Position numbers and translations under genes: made by a program. A DNA stretch of 52,576 nucleotides from Malacoraja senta (Eukaryota). A model generated the notes under the pieces. That model was given only the letters and a program-made list of their open reading frames with translations. It searched no databases and was not told the DNA's origin. Positions 13,070 through 26,126 of this stretch are shown piece by piece; position 1 is the first letter of the stretch, and each line of letters starts with the position of its first letter. The stretch lies in the NCBI GenBank assembly GCA_038087875.1, contig JAXLNO010000391.1, forward strand, positions 1 through 52,576. The letters run 5' to 3'.

Positions 13070-13365
13070 GTGCCTCACAACACCTGATATCTGGGTTTGA
13101 ATGTAACCTCGGATGCTGTCTGTGTGGATTTTGCACATCCTCCCCGTGACCGCATGAGTTTCCTCTGGGTGTTCTGGGTTTCGCCCACACCCCAAGTTGC
13201 GTGGGTTTGTGGGTTAATTGACCTCTGTTGATTGCCCCTAGTGTGTAGGGAGGGGACAAGAAAGTGTGGTAACATGGAACTAGTGTGAACAGTTGATCAA
13301 TGGTCAGCGTGGACTCGGTGGGCGAATGGGCCAGTTTCCACGCTGTATCTTTAAATTCAACTAAA
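13070..13365 (+). mobile_element. HE1/V-SINE-like SINE
   Basis: GCTGTCTGTGTGGATTTTGCAC...CTCCCCGTGACCGCATG core; tail ...CCACGCTGTATCT. Confidence 0.75.
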
Positions 13366-13705
13366 GATTCAAGGATCCAGGATTGGAAATTAATGGCAAG
13401 AGAGAAATTTTGGGACTGCAATGAATTTAAGAAGGATAATCAGAAATACAGATGTTGCATGACATCAATAATAAATGTGTAGGAAACATACAGTATTTGA
13501 AACTTCCTTCGCTGCTATTTTAGTAAAGTGTTAGCCAATTGATATGCCGTAAGATTGCTAAACTAATGTACAATGGCAATTCATATGAATTCTTTAGCAT
13601 GTCTGCTATTAATATCATGTAATCTGATTAGTTAAAATGTGCTGCAATTATTATTTTTTACATTCTTATTGTTACACAAGATACCAATAAAATTGAAAAG
13701 ACTAA

Positions 13706-14825
13706 AGGGCCTGTCCCACTTAGGTGATTTTTCAGCGGACTGCCAAGGTCCCGGCAGTCGCCTGAAAAACCGGGAACTGGAATGGCGACTGTCAGAGTGG
13801 AACACACACACACACATACACAAACACATCGCAAAGGCGAGGGCCAGGGAAAAGCGGGGGAGCGCTGTCTGAAATTCACACGGTGCAAAGCCAAGGTGAT
13901 ACAGAAACACACCACAATGAACAGGAAGGTTAAGACGGCTAGCACAGTGTACGGTAAGTCCTTTAAAAGAAGGGGGAGGGGGAGGGGAGAAGGGGGGAGA
14001 TGGGGGGGGAGGGGGAGAAGGAGTGGAGACACTTTTAAGAAGCCAGAAGGGCCTGTCCCGCTTACGCGACTCTTTCGTCGACTGCCGGCACCCGTCATAG
14101 GTCGTTCCAGGTCTCCGAAAATTGTCAACATGTTGAAAGTCCAGCGGCGACCAGAACAAGGTACGTCTCTTTGGGCGACTACTCACGACCATACAGGCTT
14201 CACCCCGCGAGATGTCGCCAGAGTGTCGCCTATATGGTCGTGAGTAGTCTCCTAGTCGCACAAAGAGTCATGGCGTCTTTCTGGTCGACGCTGAACTTTC
14301 AACGTGTTAAAAATTTTCGGCGACCTATGACGGGTGCCAGCAGTCGCCAAAAAAGTCACATAAGTGGGACAGGTCCTAGACAACTTTTTTATACATAGAT
14401 GTGAAGTTTGGCGGGCATTTAACATTACCGGTCGGTTGTCCTTGGTTCTGAAAACTCGTGCTTAGGTTTTTTTTCCCCAATGAGCCAATGAAAATGCCTG
14501 GTCAGCAAAGACGATTAACTAAAACTACCTACGACTACCTCGACTACCCATTATGGCTACATGGCAACCCTACTACAACTGCACCTACGACGACAGGATT
14601 ATCGGTTTTCTCCATGGTGACCAATTTTTGGTTGCAGAAATTTTTTCAACATGTAGAAAAATTAGCAGCGACCATACTAGTTCCCAGAATGCGGGAACTC
14701 CTCGCGACCATGAAGGAGACTCACCAGAGACCACCAGCGAACAAGTGGCAACCATGTGGCGATCATGAGACAAGCGCAGAGACTCCTGCACTCGCCTAAA
14801 AAGTCGCTTAAGTGGGACAGGCCCT
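13706..14825. mobile_element. Harbinger-type non-autonomous element
   Basis: TIR AGGGCCTGTCCCACTTA / TAAGTGGGACAGGCCCT; TAA TSD at 13703-13705 and 14826-14828. Confidence 0.9.
14048..14377. mobile_element. Palindromic Harbinger-type MITE nested in the related element
   Basis: Same TIR family; arms complementary over nearly the whole length; TSD AGA at 14045-14047 and 14378-14380. Confidence 0.85.
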
Positions 14826-15261
14826 TAAAACTGGAAGTCATGATATTGTAGTTAAGTGATTCTAAATTTGAATATTAGAGGTTTGTACATTGTAGGAAGA
14901 AAAAGAAGATAAAGAGGGAAGAAACTCCATTGTTTTAATGAATTAGACTTGGGACAATACAATCAGATTTTATTTTAATGGAGCAAATGCAGGAAGGAAA
15001 ATTATGTTGCATTATATAAATGGCAAACTAAAACAATGTGTTTTTCACAAAGACTATGAGTACAGATGTTTTGAGAATTCTGTCAGTGTATTATATTTCA
15101 ATTTCTTTTCCCTGTTAATTTTATTGGGCAAAACTATTTACTTATAAAAATTGAATCCACAATGTAGCTGGCAACATTGTAGCTGGCAAATCTGGATTCC
15201 AGCAACTCTTGCCAGCCATAAGATGCAAGCAGCAAGCAGTTCCATACTATATTCCTATCAT

Positions 15262-15466
15262 GTGTAGGAAAGAACTGCAGATGCTGGTTTAAATCGAAGG
15301 TGGACACAAAATGCTGGAGAAACTCAGCGGGACAGGCAGCATTTCGGGAGAGAAGGAAAGGTGACGTTTCGGGTTGAGACCCTTCTTCTCGACCCGAAAT
15401 GTCACCATTCCTTCTCTCCAGAAATGCTGCCTGTCCCGCTGAGTTACTCCAGCATTTTGTGTCTAC
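15262..15466. mobile_element. Penelope-like inverted-pLTR mini-insertion
   Basis: About 80-bp inverted arms meeting at the hammerhead core; 15-bp direct repeat CTATATTCCTATCAT at 15247-15261 and 15467-15481. Confidence 0.8.
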
Positions 15467-16154
15467 CTATATTCCTATCATTGGTGTTCACTTAAAATAT
15501 AATTTCCAGAGAGAAATCACAGAAATGGGGTTGGATAACTTAATGCTAATAGAACCATCCTTCACCTGATCATTGATCCTGAATGTGTAGGATTTATCAT
15601 AATATTATATACGGAAAGTTATCCTTCCAAGCTCATGTTAATAACTAACTCATTGGAAATGTTATTTGGGGAATAAGAGAGCTTCTAATAGTCTGCACAA
15701 TAAGACTACAAATATATATTTTTAAATGAGCAACAATTTACTGCATGTAATCAAAATATGGAGCACATTCAAGATTCCAAATATTTTGATTAAAATAGAA
15801 TAAGGGTTAAATTTTGAACATTTGGACTATTGCCAATTTTCATGTAAACCAAATGTAAATCAAATCAGAGAATGTGCTGAATTAAGAACCAAAAAGATAT
15901 TTCCTGATGGTATGCTTCTCTCTCTCGTTACTTCATTAACTGAAATGCATATTGTGAACTATCTTGGCAAAAGCAGTAAAATCAATGCATTTACTCTTTT
16001 GTAATTTTATTTTATTGGTATTGGTTACATCTATCTAACATACAAAATAAGGCAATTTACAAGTAATTTTGAAGTTGTTTTTAGTTAATGGCAAATGAAT
16101 GAAACCCAATTGCTTTGCAGTGGAAACACCAAATTGGACAGTTTGCGGCAAGTA

Positions 16155-17391
16155 AACATAAAAACATAGAAAGATAGAACATAGAACATAGAAAAATAGG
16201 CCCTTCGATCCAGCACTGCCATTCAATATGATCATGGCTGATCATCTAAATCAGAACCCCGTTCCTGCTTTTTCCCCATATCCCTTAATTCCTTTAGCCC
16301 TAAGAGCTAAATCTAACTCTCTCTTGAAAACATCCAATGAATTGGCCTCCACTGCCTTCGGTGGCAGAGAATTCCACAGATTCACAACTCTCTGGGTGAT
16401 GAAGTTTTTCCTCATCTCAGTCCTAAATGGCCTACCCCTTATTCTTAAATTGTGACCATTGGTTCTGGACTCCCCTAAAATCGGGAATATTTTTCGTGCA
16501 TCTAGCCTGTCCAATCCTTTAAGAATTTTATGTTTCTATAAGATCCCCTCTCATCCTAAATTCCAGTGAATACAAGCCCAGTCGACCCATTGTTTCATCA
16601 TATGTCAGTCCCGCCATCCCAGGAATTAACCTCGTGAACCTACGCTACACTCCCTCAATAGCAAGAATGTCCTTCATCAAATTAGGAGACCAAAATTGCA
16701 CACAATATTCCAGGTGCGGTTTCACCAGCGCCCTGTACAACTGCAGTAGGACCTCCTTGCTCCTAAACTCAAATCCTCTTGCAATGAAGGCCAACATGCC
16801 ATTAGCTTTCTTCACTGCTTGTTGTACCTGCATGCTTACTTTCAATGACTGATGTACAAGCACACCCAGGTCTCGTTGCACCTCCCCTTTTCCTAATCTG
16901 GCACCAGACATGATAATCTGCCTTCCTGTTCTTGCCACTAAAGTGGATAACTTCACATTTATCCACATTATACTGCATCTGCCATGCATCTGCCCACTCA
17001 CCCAACCTGTCCAAGTCACCCTGCAGCCTCATAGCATCCTCATCGCAGCTCACACTACCACACAGCTTTATGTCATCCGCAAATTTGGAGATGTCACATT
17101 TAATTCCCTTGTCTAAATCATTAATATATATTGTAAATAACTGGGGTCCCAGCACTGAGCCTGGCGGCACCCCACTAGTCACTGCCTGCAATTCTGATAA
17201 GGACCCATTAGGTCCTACTCTTTGCTTCCTGTATGCCAGCCAGTTCTCTATCTATGTCAATACCCTACCCTTAATACCATCTGCTCCAATTTTGAACACT
17301 AATCTCTTTGGGACCTTTGTCAAAGGCTTTTGAAAGTCCAGATACACCACATTCACTGGCTCTTCCTTGTCCATTCTACTTGTTACATCCT
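16155..17391 (-). mobile_element. CR1 LINE, 5'-truncated
   Basis: SGVPPGSVLGPQLFTIYINDLD...SKFADD RT motifs, LYRALVKPHLEYC, CATAGAA-type tail. Confidence 0.93.
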
Positions 17392-17700
17392 CTTTTTGAT
17401 ATGTCTTGCATGAACACAGAACAGTACAGGACAGGAACAGGCCCCTTAGCCCACAATGCCCATGTCAAACATAAAGCCAGGTTAATCCCCTCTGCTTGCA
17501 CGTGATCCATATCCTTCCAATCCCTGCATATCTATGCGCTTATTTATGTCTCTTAAATGCCATTATCACATCTGCCTCCACCACTATTCCCGCAGTGCAT
17601 GCCAGGCATCTACCACAAGTGGTAGGTATCTCAGCAGGTCAGGTGGCATGACTGGAGGACATGGATAGGTGACGTTTTGGGTCCCAATCAGAAGGGTCAC

Positions 17701-17844
17701 TGTTATATTCAGGATAGCAGAATTAATAACAACTTACACTCTGGTTGCCTGGATCATGAGAGAGAGATTTATTACCCATCATTCCCTGCTTATACTGAAC
17801 ACCAACTCATTAACATATACATGAATATGTCTGAATACATTACA
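17701..17844 (-). repeat. Gypsy A 3' LTR
   Basis: TG...CA; 13 mismatches against the other LTR by hand count. Confidence 0.95.
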
Positions 17845-18084
17845 CTGCTCTCCTTTTTTATGTATTAAATCTAAGTACTCAGTTACAATTTTGTTGTTGT
17901 GATACTTGATTTAAACCAGTATTTATGAAATCTTAAATGATAACATAATATATTTATTTTACATATCTACACATTTTTGTTTTACTTGTGCAGTGATTTA
18001 TTTAACTTACAAACCTAACCTGACTACTGGTTTACGGATCCTGCCTGATCGTCTGACAGTAACAGGTGTAACAGGTTTAGGTGT

Positions 18085-21003
18085 TTACTCAACTGTAGGC
18101 ATTAATGGGTCAGTTTTAGTACCCTGACTTTGACCAGAGGAATCTGTTTCTTTGTCTGTACTAACTGAACTTTGTGTTTCAATCACGGTGATCTCTTCCA
18201 ACTCAGTTTCAGATAAAAACTCAGCGATTTGGACTTCATGCTCAGTTTTTGAATCATCTTTGGCTGGAATCATTTCATCAACATGAACACTTTTGATCCT
18301 ATCTCCAACTTCAACTAAGTATCTTTTTGTTCCACACACTTCCACTATTTTACCAACATCCCATTTGTCTTGACTGGACTTGTTGGGAGGACTGAGAACA
18401 CGAACCTGCTCATCTGGCTTGAGGTACCTCTCCTTTTTGTGGGAGTCAAAATGGTGTTTTTGACTTAACTGTTTTTGCTCAACTCTCGAGGCCAAATTGG
18501 GTTGAACTAGACTTAGGCGTATTCTTAGCCTCCTCTTCATCAACAGTTCTGCAGGTGAGTAACCTGTTGTTGTATGTTGTGTGGTTCTGTACTTCAGCAA
18601 GAAACTAGCCAAACGATGTTTCATGCTGAGCTTTGAACTACCTTGCAAAACCTGTTTCCTTGACAACTCTAACAGACCTTTCCTTGGCCCCGTTGGAGGT
18701 TGGATGGTATGGGGGAACAAGTGTGTGTTTTACACCATTCCGTTGTGTGAACTCTTTGAACCGTTCTGAACGAAACTGAGGCCCGTTATCAGAAACAAGT
18801 TCTTCCGGTAAACCATGCATGCAAAAATTGATCTCAACTCATCGATCGTACACTCAGTAGTAGTGGTTGAACCCATATGTTTAACCTCAATCCATTTGGA
18901 ATGACTATCTACTAGTACCAGAAAGTGATCATTACCCTTTTCACAAAAATCTGCATGAACTCTTTGAAAAGATCTACTTGGCCATGACCAAGGTTGCAGT
19001 GGTGTTTTTGGTGGTTTACTCCGGCAAATTTGGCAGACGCTACATTTGCTCACCAGTGACTCGATGTCACTGTCAATACCAGGCCAATACACAACATTTC
19101 TGGCAATTGACTTCATGCTTACAATGCCAGGATGTTCGTCATGAAGTTCATTCATAATTTTGTTTGACTGGTGAGAAAATCAGCCCAGTCACACTCCGCT
19201 GTGCATCAACAACTTAGTAGTGGAGCAGGTGAAAAGCATCAAGTTCCTGGGAGTGCATATAATGGATACCTTAACTTGGATTACAAACATCACATCTCTG
19301 GTAAAACGGGCACAGCAATGTTTGTACTTCCTCCGCAGGATGAGAAGATCACACCTCCACCCTCCCATCCTCACCACATTCTACAGAAGCACCATTGAAT
19401 CAGTCATGACCAGCAGCATCTCTATGTGGTGCGGTGGCTGTACAGCTGCGGACTGGAAGTGCCTTCAGAGAATGGTGAGGACAGCGGAAAAAATCATTGG
19501 GACTTCTCTTCCCTCCATCATGGACATTGGTTACAAACGCTGTCTGACAAGAGCTAAGGGCATTACCAGAGCCCCCACACACCCACAATATGGACTGTTT
19601 ACACTGCTGAACTCTGGGAGGAGGTACCGCAGCATGAAGAGCGGGACAACCAGGTTCTGCAACAGCTTCATCCCCCAGGCCATAAGACTATTGAACTCAC
19701 AATCAAACCGATGCTAGAACTTTCTTATACATTGACACTTTTAAAAACTTTCCTTTTTTAACTATGCACATGAAGCACTTTTTATGGACACACTAAGCAC
19801 TTTTACTGATCGCCTATATAAATGTTATATTCTGCTGCTACTTTGAAGAGTCAATGCAACGAAATGTCGTTCAATGTGCACTGTGTCTATGTGTATACCT
19901 GAATGACAATTAAAGTTATATTCAGTTTCTCAAAGCCTCTGGTACAACCACTCTGTAACCCCACTTAATGCATCCCTGCTCACATGATAATTCATGGCGT
20001 CGATTATGGAAAGGCTTCAGCTCCGAGTTCAGAACTGAGTTCAATCCACTATCGATTTCAGTCCAACCGTTCAATGTCTGTTCATAAACCCACTTCAGCA
20101 CAGTGTCTTTCTCTGTTTCTGCTGCAATTTCTGTTGCAGTCACTGGAAAGTCTTCATCTACAACTTGCAGTGTGTAGATTGAGTTCTCACTTCCCATGTC
20201 AGAGTTCTCATGGGGCAACCGGGACAACGCATCTGCAACTGCGTTGCACTTGGAGCTTCTGTACTCAACCTTGTAGTCATACTGGGACAGCAAAATTGCC
20301 CAGCGCTGCATCCTTGATGATGCCATGGAAGGTATAGCTGACTTGGGACCAAGTATCACTAGTAGTGGCTTGTGATCAGTCACTAGGGTGAATGATCTGC
20401 CGAGAAGAAACTGATGGAATTTCTTGAATCCGAACACGATGCTGAGTGTTTCCTTTTCTATCTGTGTATAATTGCGCTCACTCGGTGATAGTGCGGGATG
20501 CAAAAGCAATAGGCTTTTCCTGTCCGTCATTCATTACGTGGGAGATCATTGCACCTACACCATAACTTGAAGCATCATAAGTAACTTTCATCTCGCATGT
20601 CGTATCGTAGTGTACAAGGAGTTTGTCACTTGTCAAGTTTTCCTTGCAAATGTCATATGCACATTGATGTTCCTTTCCCCACGTCCATTTCACATCTTTT
20701 TGTAGCAGATGATGTAGTGGCTTTAGCACAGTTGCTAAATCTGGAAGGAATTGTGCATAGAACTGCACCATCCCAAGGAATGATCGTAGCTCTGACACAT
20801 TGTTGGGTTTTGGAGCATTCACTATTGCTTCCACTTCGCCTTCACAGGACGAAGTCCGTTGTTGTCTACTTTGAGTCCAAGGTAGACCACCTCTGACTTG
20901 CGCAAATGCATATTTACTTTGTCGCAGTTTGACATTGTGGCAGTTCAGTCATGTGAGAACTTGCTCAAGGATTTCCAGATGTTCTACCATGCCCTCTGTG
21001 AAT
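18085..21003 (-). pseudogene. pol: Gypsy A pol remnant (RT end, RNase H, integrase), interrupted by Rex1
   Basis: LRSFLGMVQFY, DASSYGVG, YTQIEKE, TDHKPL, HDEHPG...CSVC, SDNGPQF, PYHPTSNG in several frames. Confidence 0.9.
19166..19924 (+). mobile_element. Rex1/Babar LINE 3' fragment inside Gypsy A
   Basis: IKFLGVHI...FYRSTIESV...LLNSGRRYRS; splits the Gypsy peptide ALRN/KIMNELH. Confidence 0.9.
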
Positions 21004-21143
21004 ATCAGTAGCAAAGATACTAGAGGAGCAAGATAAACCACTCGACGAAAAAGACGTAGTACGGTCATAGGCTCATGGGTATTTTTATTCGCGCCATTTT
21101 GGGAATCGAATATATGAGGTGTTTTTTTTAATGGGCTTCTGTC

Positions 21144-21261
21144 ATGGCGTCCACATCTACCAGCGTAGCGAGCCGATCTGCTATAGTGCTCGAATCGCCA
21201 ATGTAAGCAATTCGAGCACTTTATAGCAGTCTTTCTTCAGGTTCCCCACTAAAGACAAAAG
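21144..21261 (+). pseudogene. THAP domain exon 1 (decayed)
   Basis: ATG at 21144 (frameshifted); ...SFFRFPTKDK then AG|GTAAG donor at 21262. Confidence 0.7.
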
Positions 21262-21293
21262 GTAAGAAAACAATTATAACTTTCTGTCTTGAG

Positions 21294-22034
21294 AAGCTAC
21301 TATAGCGCATTCATTTGTCTTTTGTACAAAAATTCAAAAATTTTGGATTGACATTTTGGAAATCTTTACAACATTATTTTAAATAAAACTGATACCCAAA
21401 GCAGAATGGATTATCTTCGGAATAACGGAAGATAGTCCAGAACTAAATGTGTTTCAAAAGAAACTAATAGACTATGGGTTAATAACTGGAAAAAGGTTAA
21501 TCCTAAAATGTTGGAAAAATGCTCCAATACCAACTATAAACATGTGGATTTCAAATATGTTTGAAACATTACACCTAGAAGAGATAAGACTCCTCCTGGC
21601 AGGTAAACCAGATCACTTCCATCTGACGTGGTCGGCATTTATAGAATTATTACAAATATAGGGTGCAAAGGTACGTAAAAAAAACTGGAGATTTGGTATG
21701 TCTCATTTGCGGGATGCTGATAAAAAAGGTATTTGTTCTTCTCTCTTTCCTTTCTCTTTTTCTTCTTCTTTTCTAGGGTCTACTTCTTAACTCTTTTTCT
21801 TATAGGGTCTTTGTTCTTTCTTGTTGTCACATTTTTTGTTTTTTTGTTTTTTTACACTTTCACCTTTTCCTTCACTTTCCTCTTTCTCTTAATCTTATCC
21901 TCTCCCTTTATCAATGTAAAAAAAAAAAACGGAGTACATTAATTGTAATAAAATATATGTGACGAGTACTAATGGATGTGGTTGTAACGTAATGTGCTTC
22001 TAATAAATAAAATAAAAAATAAAAAAGTAAAAAA
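21294..22034 (+). mobile_element. L1 LINE 3' fragment
   Basis: 16-bp TSD AACTTTCTGTCTTGAG at 21278-21293 and 22035-22050; AATAAA and A-tail; same family as 50558-52503. Confidence 0.92.
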
Positions 22035-22344
22035 AACTTTCTGTCTTGAGGCCGATCTCTTCCGATAGCTCAGATCGCGGAGCCGGGGGTCGCCAGAAGA
22101 ATTGCTCTGATCGCTGGCCCGCGGACTATAACACCCTGAATCCGCGGTGTGCGGAGCTTCTAGTCGCGGGGGCAGCGTGCACTTTCCCTCGCGGAGTCTG
22201 GGATTCCTCGCCGGAGAAAAGCTCCGATCGCCCGCCCGCGGCCTATAACATCATGAAGCCCCGGTCTCCGGTAGGAGGCGACCAATTCGGGACCCCCCAG
22301 CAGTGGAGGTCCCGAATCGGCTTGTGTTTAAGCCGGTTTGAATT

Positions 22345-22588
22345 AGTGTTTAAAATACAGGATAAATGTATTAAATATACACAATGTACACGGATCAATG
22401 GTGTGTAAAATACATGATAAATGGTATAAAATATACACAATGTACACGGATCAGTGGTGTTTAAAATACATGATAAATGGTGTTAAATGTACACAATGTA
22501 CACGGATCAAAGGTGTTTAAAATACATGATAAATGGTGTTAAATATACACAATGTACACGGATCAATGGTGTTTGAAATACATGATAA
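22345..22588. repeat. 56-bp minisatellite, about 4.3 copies
   Basis: CGGATC recurs at 22391, 22447, 22503 and 22559. Confidence 0.92.
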
Positions 22589-23776
22589 TTCAATTCAATT
22601 CAATTCCTTTATTGTCATCTTGCAAGCAACAGTTGTGCAGTGCAAAACGAAAAGACATTTCCCTGGGAATACCGGAGCATCGCACATGACGTTTAAAACA
22701 TTTCACACATAATAATAATAATAACAACACTAAAACAATCCAGTCCCTGATGGAACAGTATAAGTTAAAATAGATACAAACAACGTTAAAATACAGTAAG
22801 ACCAATCATAAACATGTCCGGGGTGGCTGATTTGAGTGGCCAGTGCCAGTTATTGAAGTGGCCAGTGCCAGTTATTACAGTGTCCGTGCCAAGCCGCAGA
22901 ATCAGGTGACTGTGAGTACAGAGTGGCTGTTTAGCAGCCTCACAGCATATGGCAGGAAGCTGTTTAGCAGTCTTGTAGTCCGGGCTTTGATGCTGCGATA
23001 TCTCTTGCCTGATGGCAGGAGATCCAGGTGTATGTGGAGGGGGTGCATTTTGTCCTTGGCAATTTTTTGGGCTTTTTTCCAACAGCGGCTCAGGAACAGT
23101 TCTTGTACCGAGGGTAGGGAGACACCAATGATCTTCTCTGCTCCCCTCACTACCCTCTGCAGAGCCTTCCTGTCCGAGCAGTTGCAGGTTGAGTACCACG
23201 TATTTAAACAGTACATGAGTACAGACTCCACCGTACCCCTGTAGAAAGTCCTGAGGATGTTGGTGGGGAGTGAGGCCTGTTTTAGTTTCCTCAGGAAGTG
23301 CAGTCGCTGATGGGCCCTTTTGACGGTCCCAGTGGTGTTTCTGGACCAGGTGAGGCTGTCCGTAATTTGCACCCCGAGGAACTTTATGCTCTCCACTCTC
23401 TCCACTGTGGCGCCACTGATGTTAAGGGGTGCATGCTTTGGCTGCGCCCTCCTGAAGTCGACAACCATCTCCTGTGTTTTTTCCACATTTAGTTCTAGAT
23501 TATTTTTGCCGCACCAGTCCACTAGTTGTTTTACTTCCTCCCTGTACATTGATTCATCATCTCCGCTGATGAGTCCCACCACTGTTGTGTCATCCGCGAA
23601 TTTTATGATCATATTGTCCCTGAATCTGGCCGCACAGTCATGTGTGAGCAATGTGAACAACAGCGGGCTGAGCACATAGCCTTGAGGTGAGCCAGTGCTC
23701 AGCGTGATCGAGCCTGAAGTGTTCTTGCCCACACGGACTGACTGCGGTCTCTCTGTCAGAAAGTCCAAGATCCAGT
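22589..23776 (-). mobile_element. Rex1/Babar LINE fragment with open RT C-terminal ORF (22902-23768)
   Basis: [37 protein letters not shown]; (TTCAA)n tail at left. Confidence 0.93.
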
Positions 23777-24015
23777 GACTTAAATGGAGTTATAGTGAAC
23801 AACGACATGCCACGAGGAGCACACAGCCAATTAAAGCCTTAATTTCCTTCCCAATGTATGATGACTGTAACATATATAATTCTATTCTTATGATCCTGAT
23901 AATGTATTATATTATATGACATTTTTGGTACATGAGCAAGTTATAGAAAATCTTCTTTTATAAACCATTGAAAGTCTTCTTTTATAGATCTAGACTTAGC
24001 ACAATAATAAAGGTA

Positions 24016-24089
24016 GACAAAAATACTGGAGAATTTCTCCAGCATTTTTGTCTACCTTCGATTTTCCAGCATCTGCAGTTCCTTCTTAA
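24016..24089. mobile_element. Very short Penelope-like hairpin insertion
   Basis: Inverted arms GGTAGACAAAAATACTGGAGAA / TTCTCCAGCATTTTTGTCTACC; 15-bp direct repeat ACAATAATAAAGGTA at 24001-24015 and 24090-24104. Confidence 0.75.
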
Positions 24090-24204
24090 ACAATAATAAA
24101 GGTATCAATTTTTACACTGCTGTACATTTTTGGTTTTGTTCTTGTTGTAAGGCATGCATTGTATTGTAAGCTCTTCTACATTTAAGATAAATCAAGTCAA
24201 GTCA

Positions 24205-24408
24205 AGAGAGTTTATTTAGAGAGACTTTAAGACGTTTGCCTCCATCACAGTGAGGAGGTGCCTGGTGAACTCACTGTGGTGGATGTTAATTTGTGTTTAT
24301 TGTGTGTTTTGTTATTTATTATATGTATGACTGCAGGCAACGAAATTTCGTTCAGACCGAAAGGTCTGAATGACAATAAAGGAATCTAAGTCTATCTAAG
24401 TCTAAGTC
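24205..24408 (+). mobile_element. 3' end of the GC-rich Rex1-tailed retroelement family
   Basis: Matches 49150-49320 (CCATCACAGTGAGG...CTCACTGTGGTGG...GACAATAAAG plus short-repeat tail). Confidence 0.7.
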
Positions 24409-24671
24409 TTTATTGTCATGTGTCCCAGATAGGACAATGAAATTCTTACTTTGCTTCAGTACAACAGAATATAGTAGGCATGAATACAGAATTTATTCAG
24501 TAGGCATAAATTGACCTATTAGAGGAAAAATGCATCTTCAATATACATGTCCCTCCCCACCCCTGAAAACATTTGCATTTAAGTGACATATCATCCATTC
24601 TGCAGTTATGTAGTTATAATCAGATTTGTTCTTATAAGTTAATTCTATATGATATTTTACTGTAATTTCAG

Positions 24672-24770
24672 ATGTTGACAGTGGGTCCAGAATACTCGTT
24701 GATAAGATCTCCTATAGCAAACTACGGAGTACTTGTCAAAGAACTTCCGTCTTTGTTCTGAACACCCTGT
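24672..24770 (+). pseudogene. THAP domain exon 2 (decayed)
   Basis: After tttcag acceptor: (R)C*QWVQNTR**DLL*QTTEYLSKNFRLCSEH; phase matches exon 1; all four stops revert by a single T to C. Confidence 0.8.
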
Positions 24771-26101
24771 ATATCTCACACGTAAAACAATAAATTATGT
24801 AATCTTACCATAAATGACAGAAATAACAAGTGTTATCCTTGTTTATGAATTTTGTTTTAGATTGATTTAAAATTGAGTGGATTGATGCAATATACTGCTA
24901 ACCCACAAATGTTTAGTAATGAAATATTCACATTTAAAAATTCACTCAGAGCTCGGGTGGGTGCGAGCGGCCGCCGGGACTGCACAGTGGAACCGCAGCT
25001 AGACCCGGAGCTCACAGGTGACCTGGGAACTGCAGCTAGTCCTGGAGGGTCCTGGCCCCTATGCAAAAAAGGCTGCGGACCCCTGTACTAAACCAAACCC
25101 TCGATCCTGTCCTGCCATCCTTGTAAATAAAAATTAGCAACTCAAATGGTGGTGCGTCTTCATTGCCGGGAAATACGGTGACTCATTTCCGTCAAATATA
25201 TGTCAGATTTTCCTCAATTATATGTTAAATTAAAAACTAAACTATGGTAGCAATGCACAGTATTCATGTTTAAAGCTTGCACTTCTGCATCAATGTAGGT
25301 ATGTATACACTACATTTCTTTACACTAATATAGAATGAAAGAATATCTTGGCTTGTGTTCATTATTTTATTCACTATATTAGGATTTTGGAAAGAGGTTG
25401 AATGAAAGAAAGAAAAAGGTTCAACAAATAAAGAGGAGAGCACAAGAAAGAAACTAGAGAAATACATATATGTGTGTTTTATATAGTTACATACATTTAT
25501 CACACATATATACGCATCATATATATATATATATTGAATATATGTGTGTGTATATTTATAAGAAACTAGAGAAATATGTATGTGTTATATAATTATATAC
25601 ATCAATATCACATTTATATACATGTGTGTATCATATATATATATAATATATAAACGAGTTTATTATATACAAATATTGGAAAATATATTTGCCTTTATGG
25701 CTTATGTCCCATATTTAAAAAAAAATAAAGGCAAATATAATTGCCTTTATGGCTTATGTACATTGTGAAAAGGGCTCATGTACATCATGAATTGCTTTAA
25801 ATCAGTGTTGCTTATGATCCATGAGGAACTTTGAAATCTATTATCTCTATCTTGCCTCTCACACACAGAAACACACACATACCGTTCCCCCACAACACTG
25901 ATTAAACCAAAGATAATAATGCATATGGTCCAGAGACCTTTCATTGCGCATTGCCGCTCATTTTATAGGCAGTTTCCCTTAAAAAAAAATTTTTTAAGAA
26001 GCACCTTATTTATTATAAACAAAGATCATAATGGTCTATCATAGAAGGCTAAAATAGACCAAGATAAACTGCAAAATTCAATGGACTGACGTGGATTAAA
26101 C

Positions 26102-26126
26102 CAAAGATACTCCTCTAGTATCTTTG
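26102..26126. other. Transposon excision footprint (fused termini)
   Basis: CAAAGATA+CTCCTCTAGTATCTTTG between 8-bp direct repeats GATTAAAC at 26094-26101 and 26127-26134. Confidence 0.75.

Noticed and set aside
13632..14799. ORFs up to 209 aa in the Harbinger MITEs
   Set aside because: They cross microsatellites and nested boundaries, with no transposase or Myb motifs
22345..22588. Regular repeats resembling a CRISPR array (also 31421-31762)
   Set aside because: Pure tandem units with no unique spacers, no cas genes and a eukaryotic context
25060..25085. hAT-like terminus AAAAAGGCTGCGGACCCCTG
   Set aside because: No partner TIR or TSD found, so no element could be delimited
25460..25690. 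TA-rich region with short ORFs
   Set aside because: Degenerate (TA)n/(TG)n low-complexity sequence
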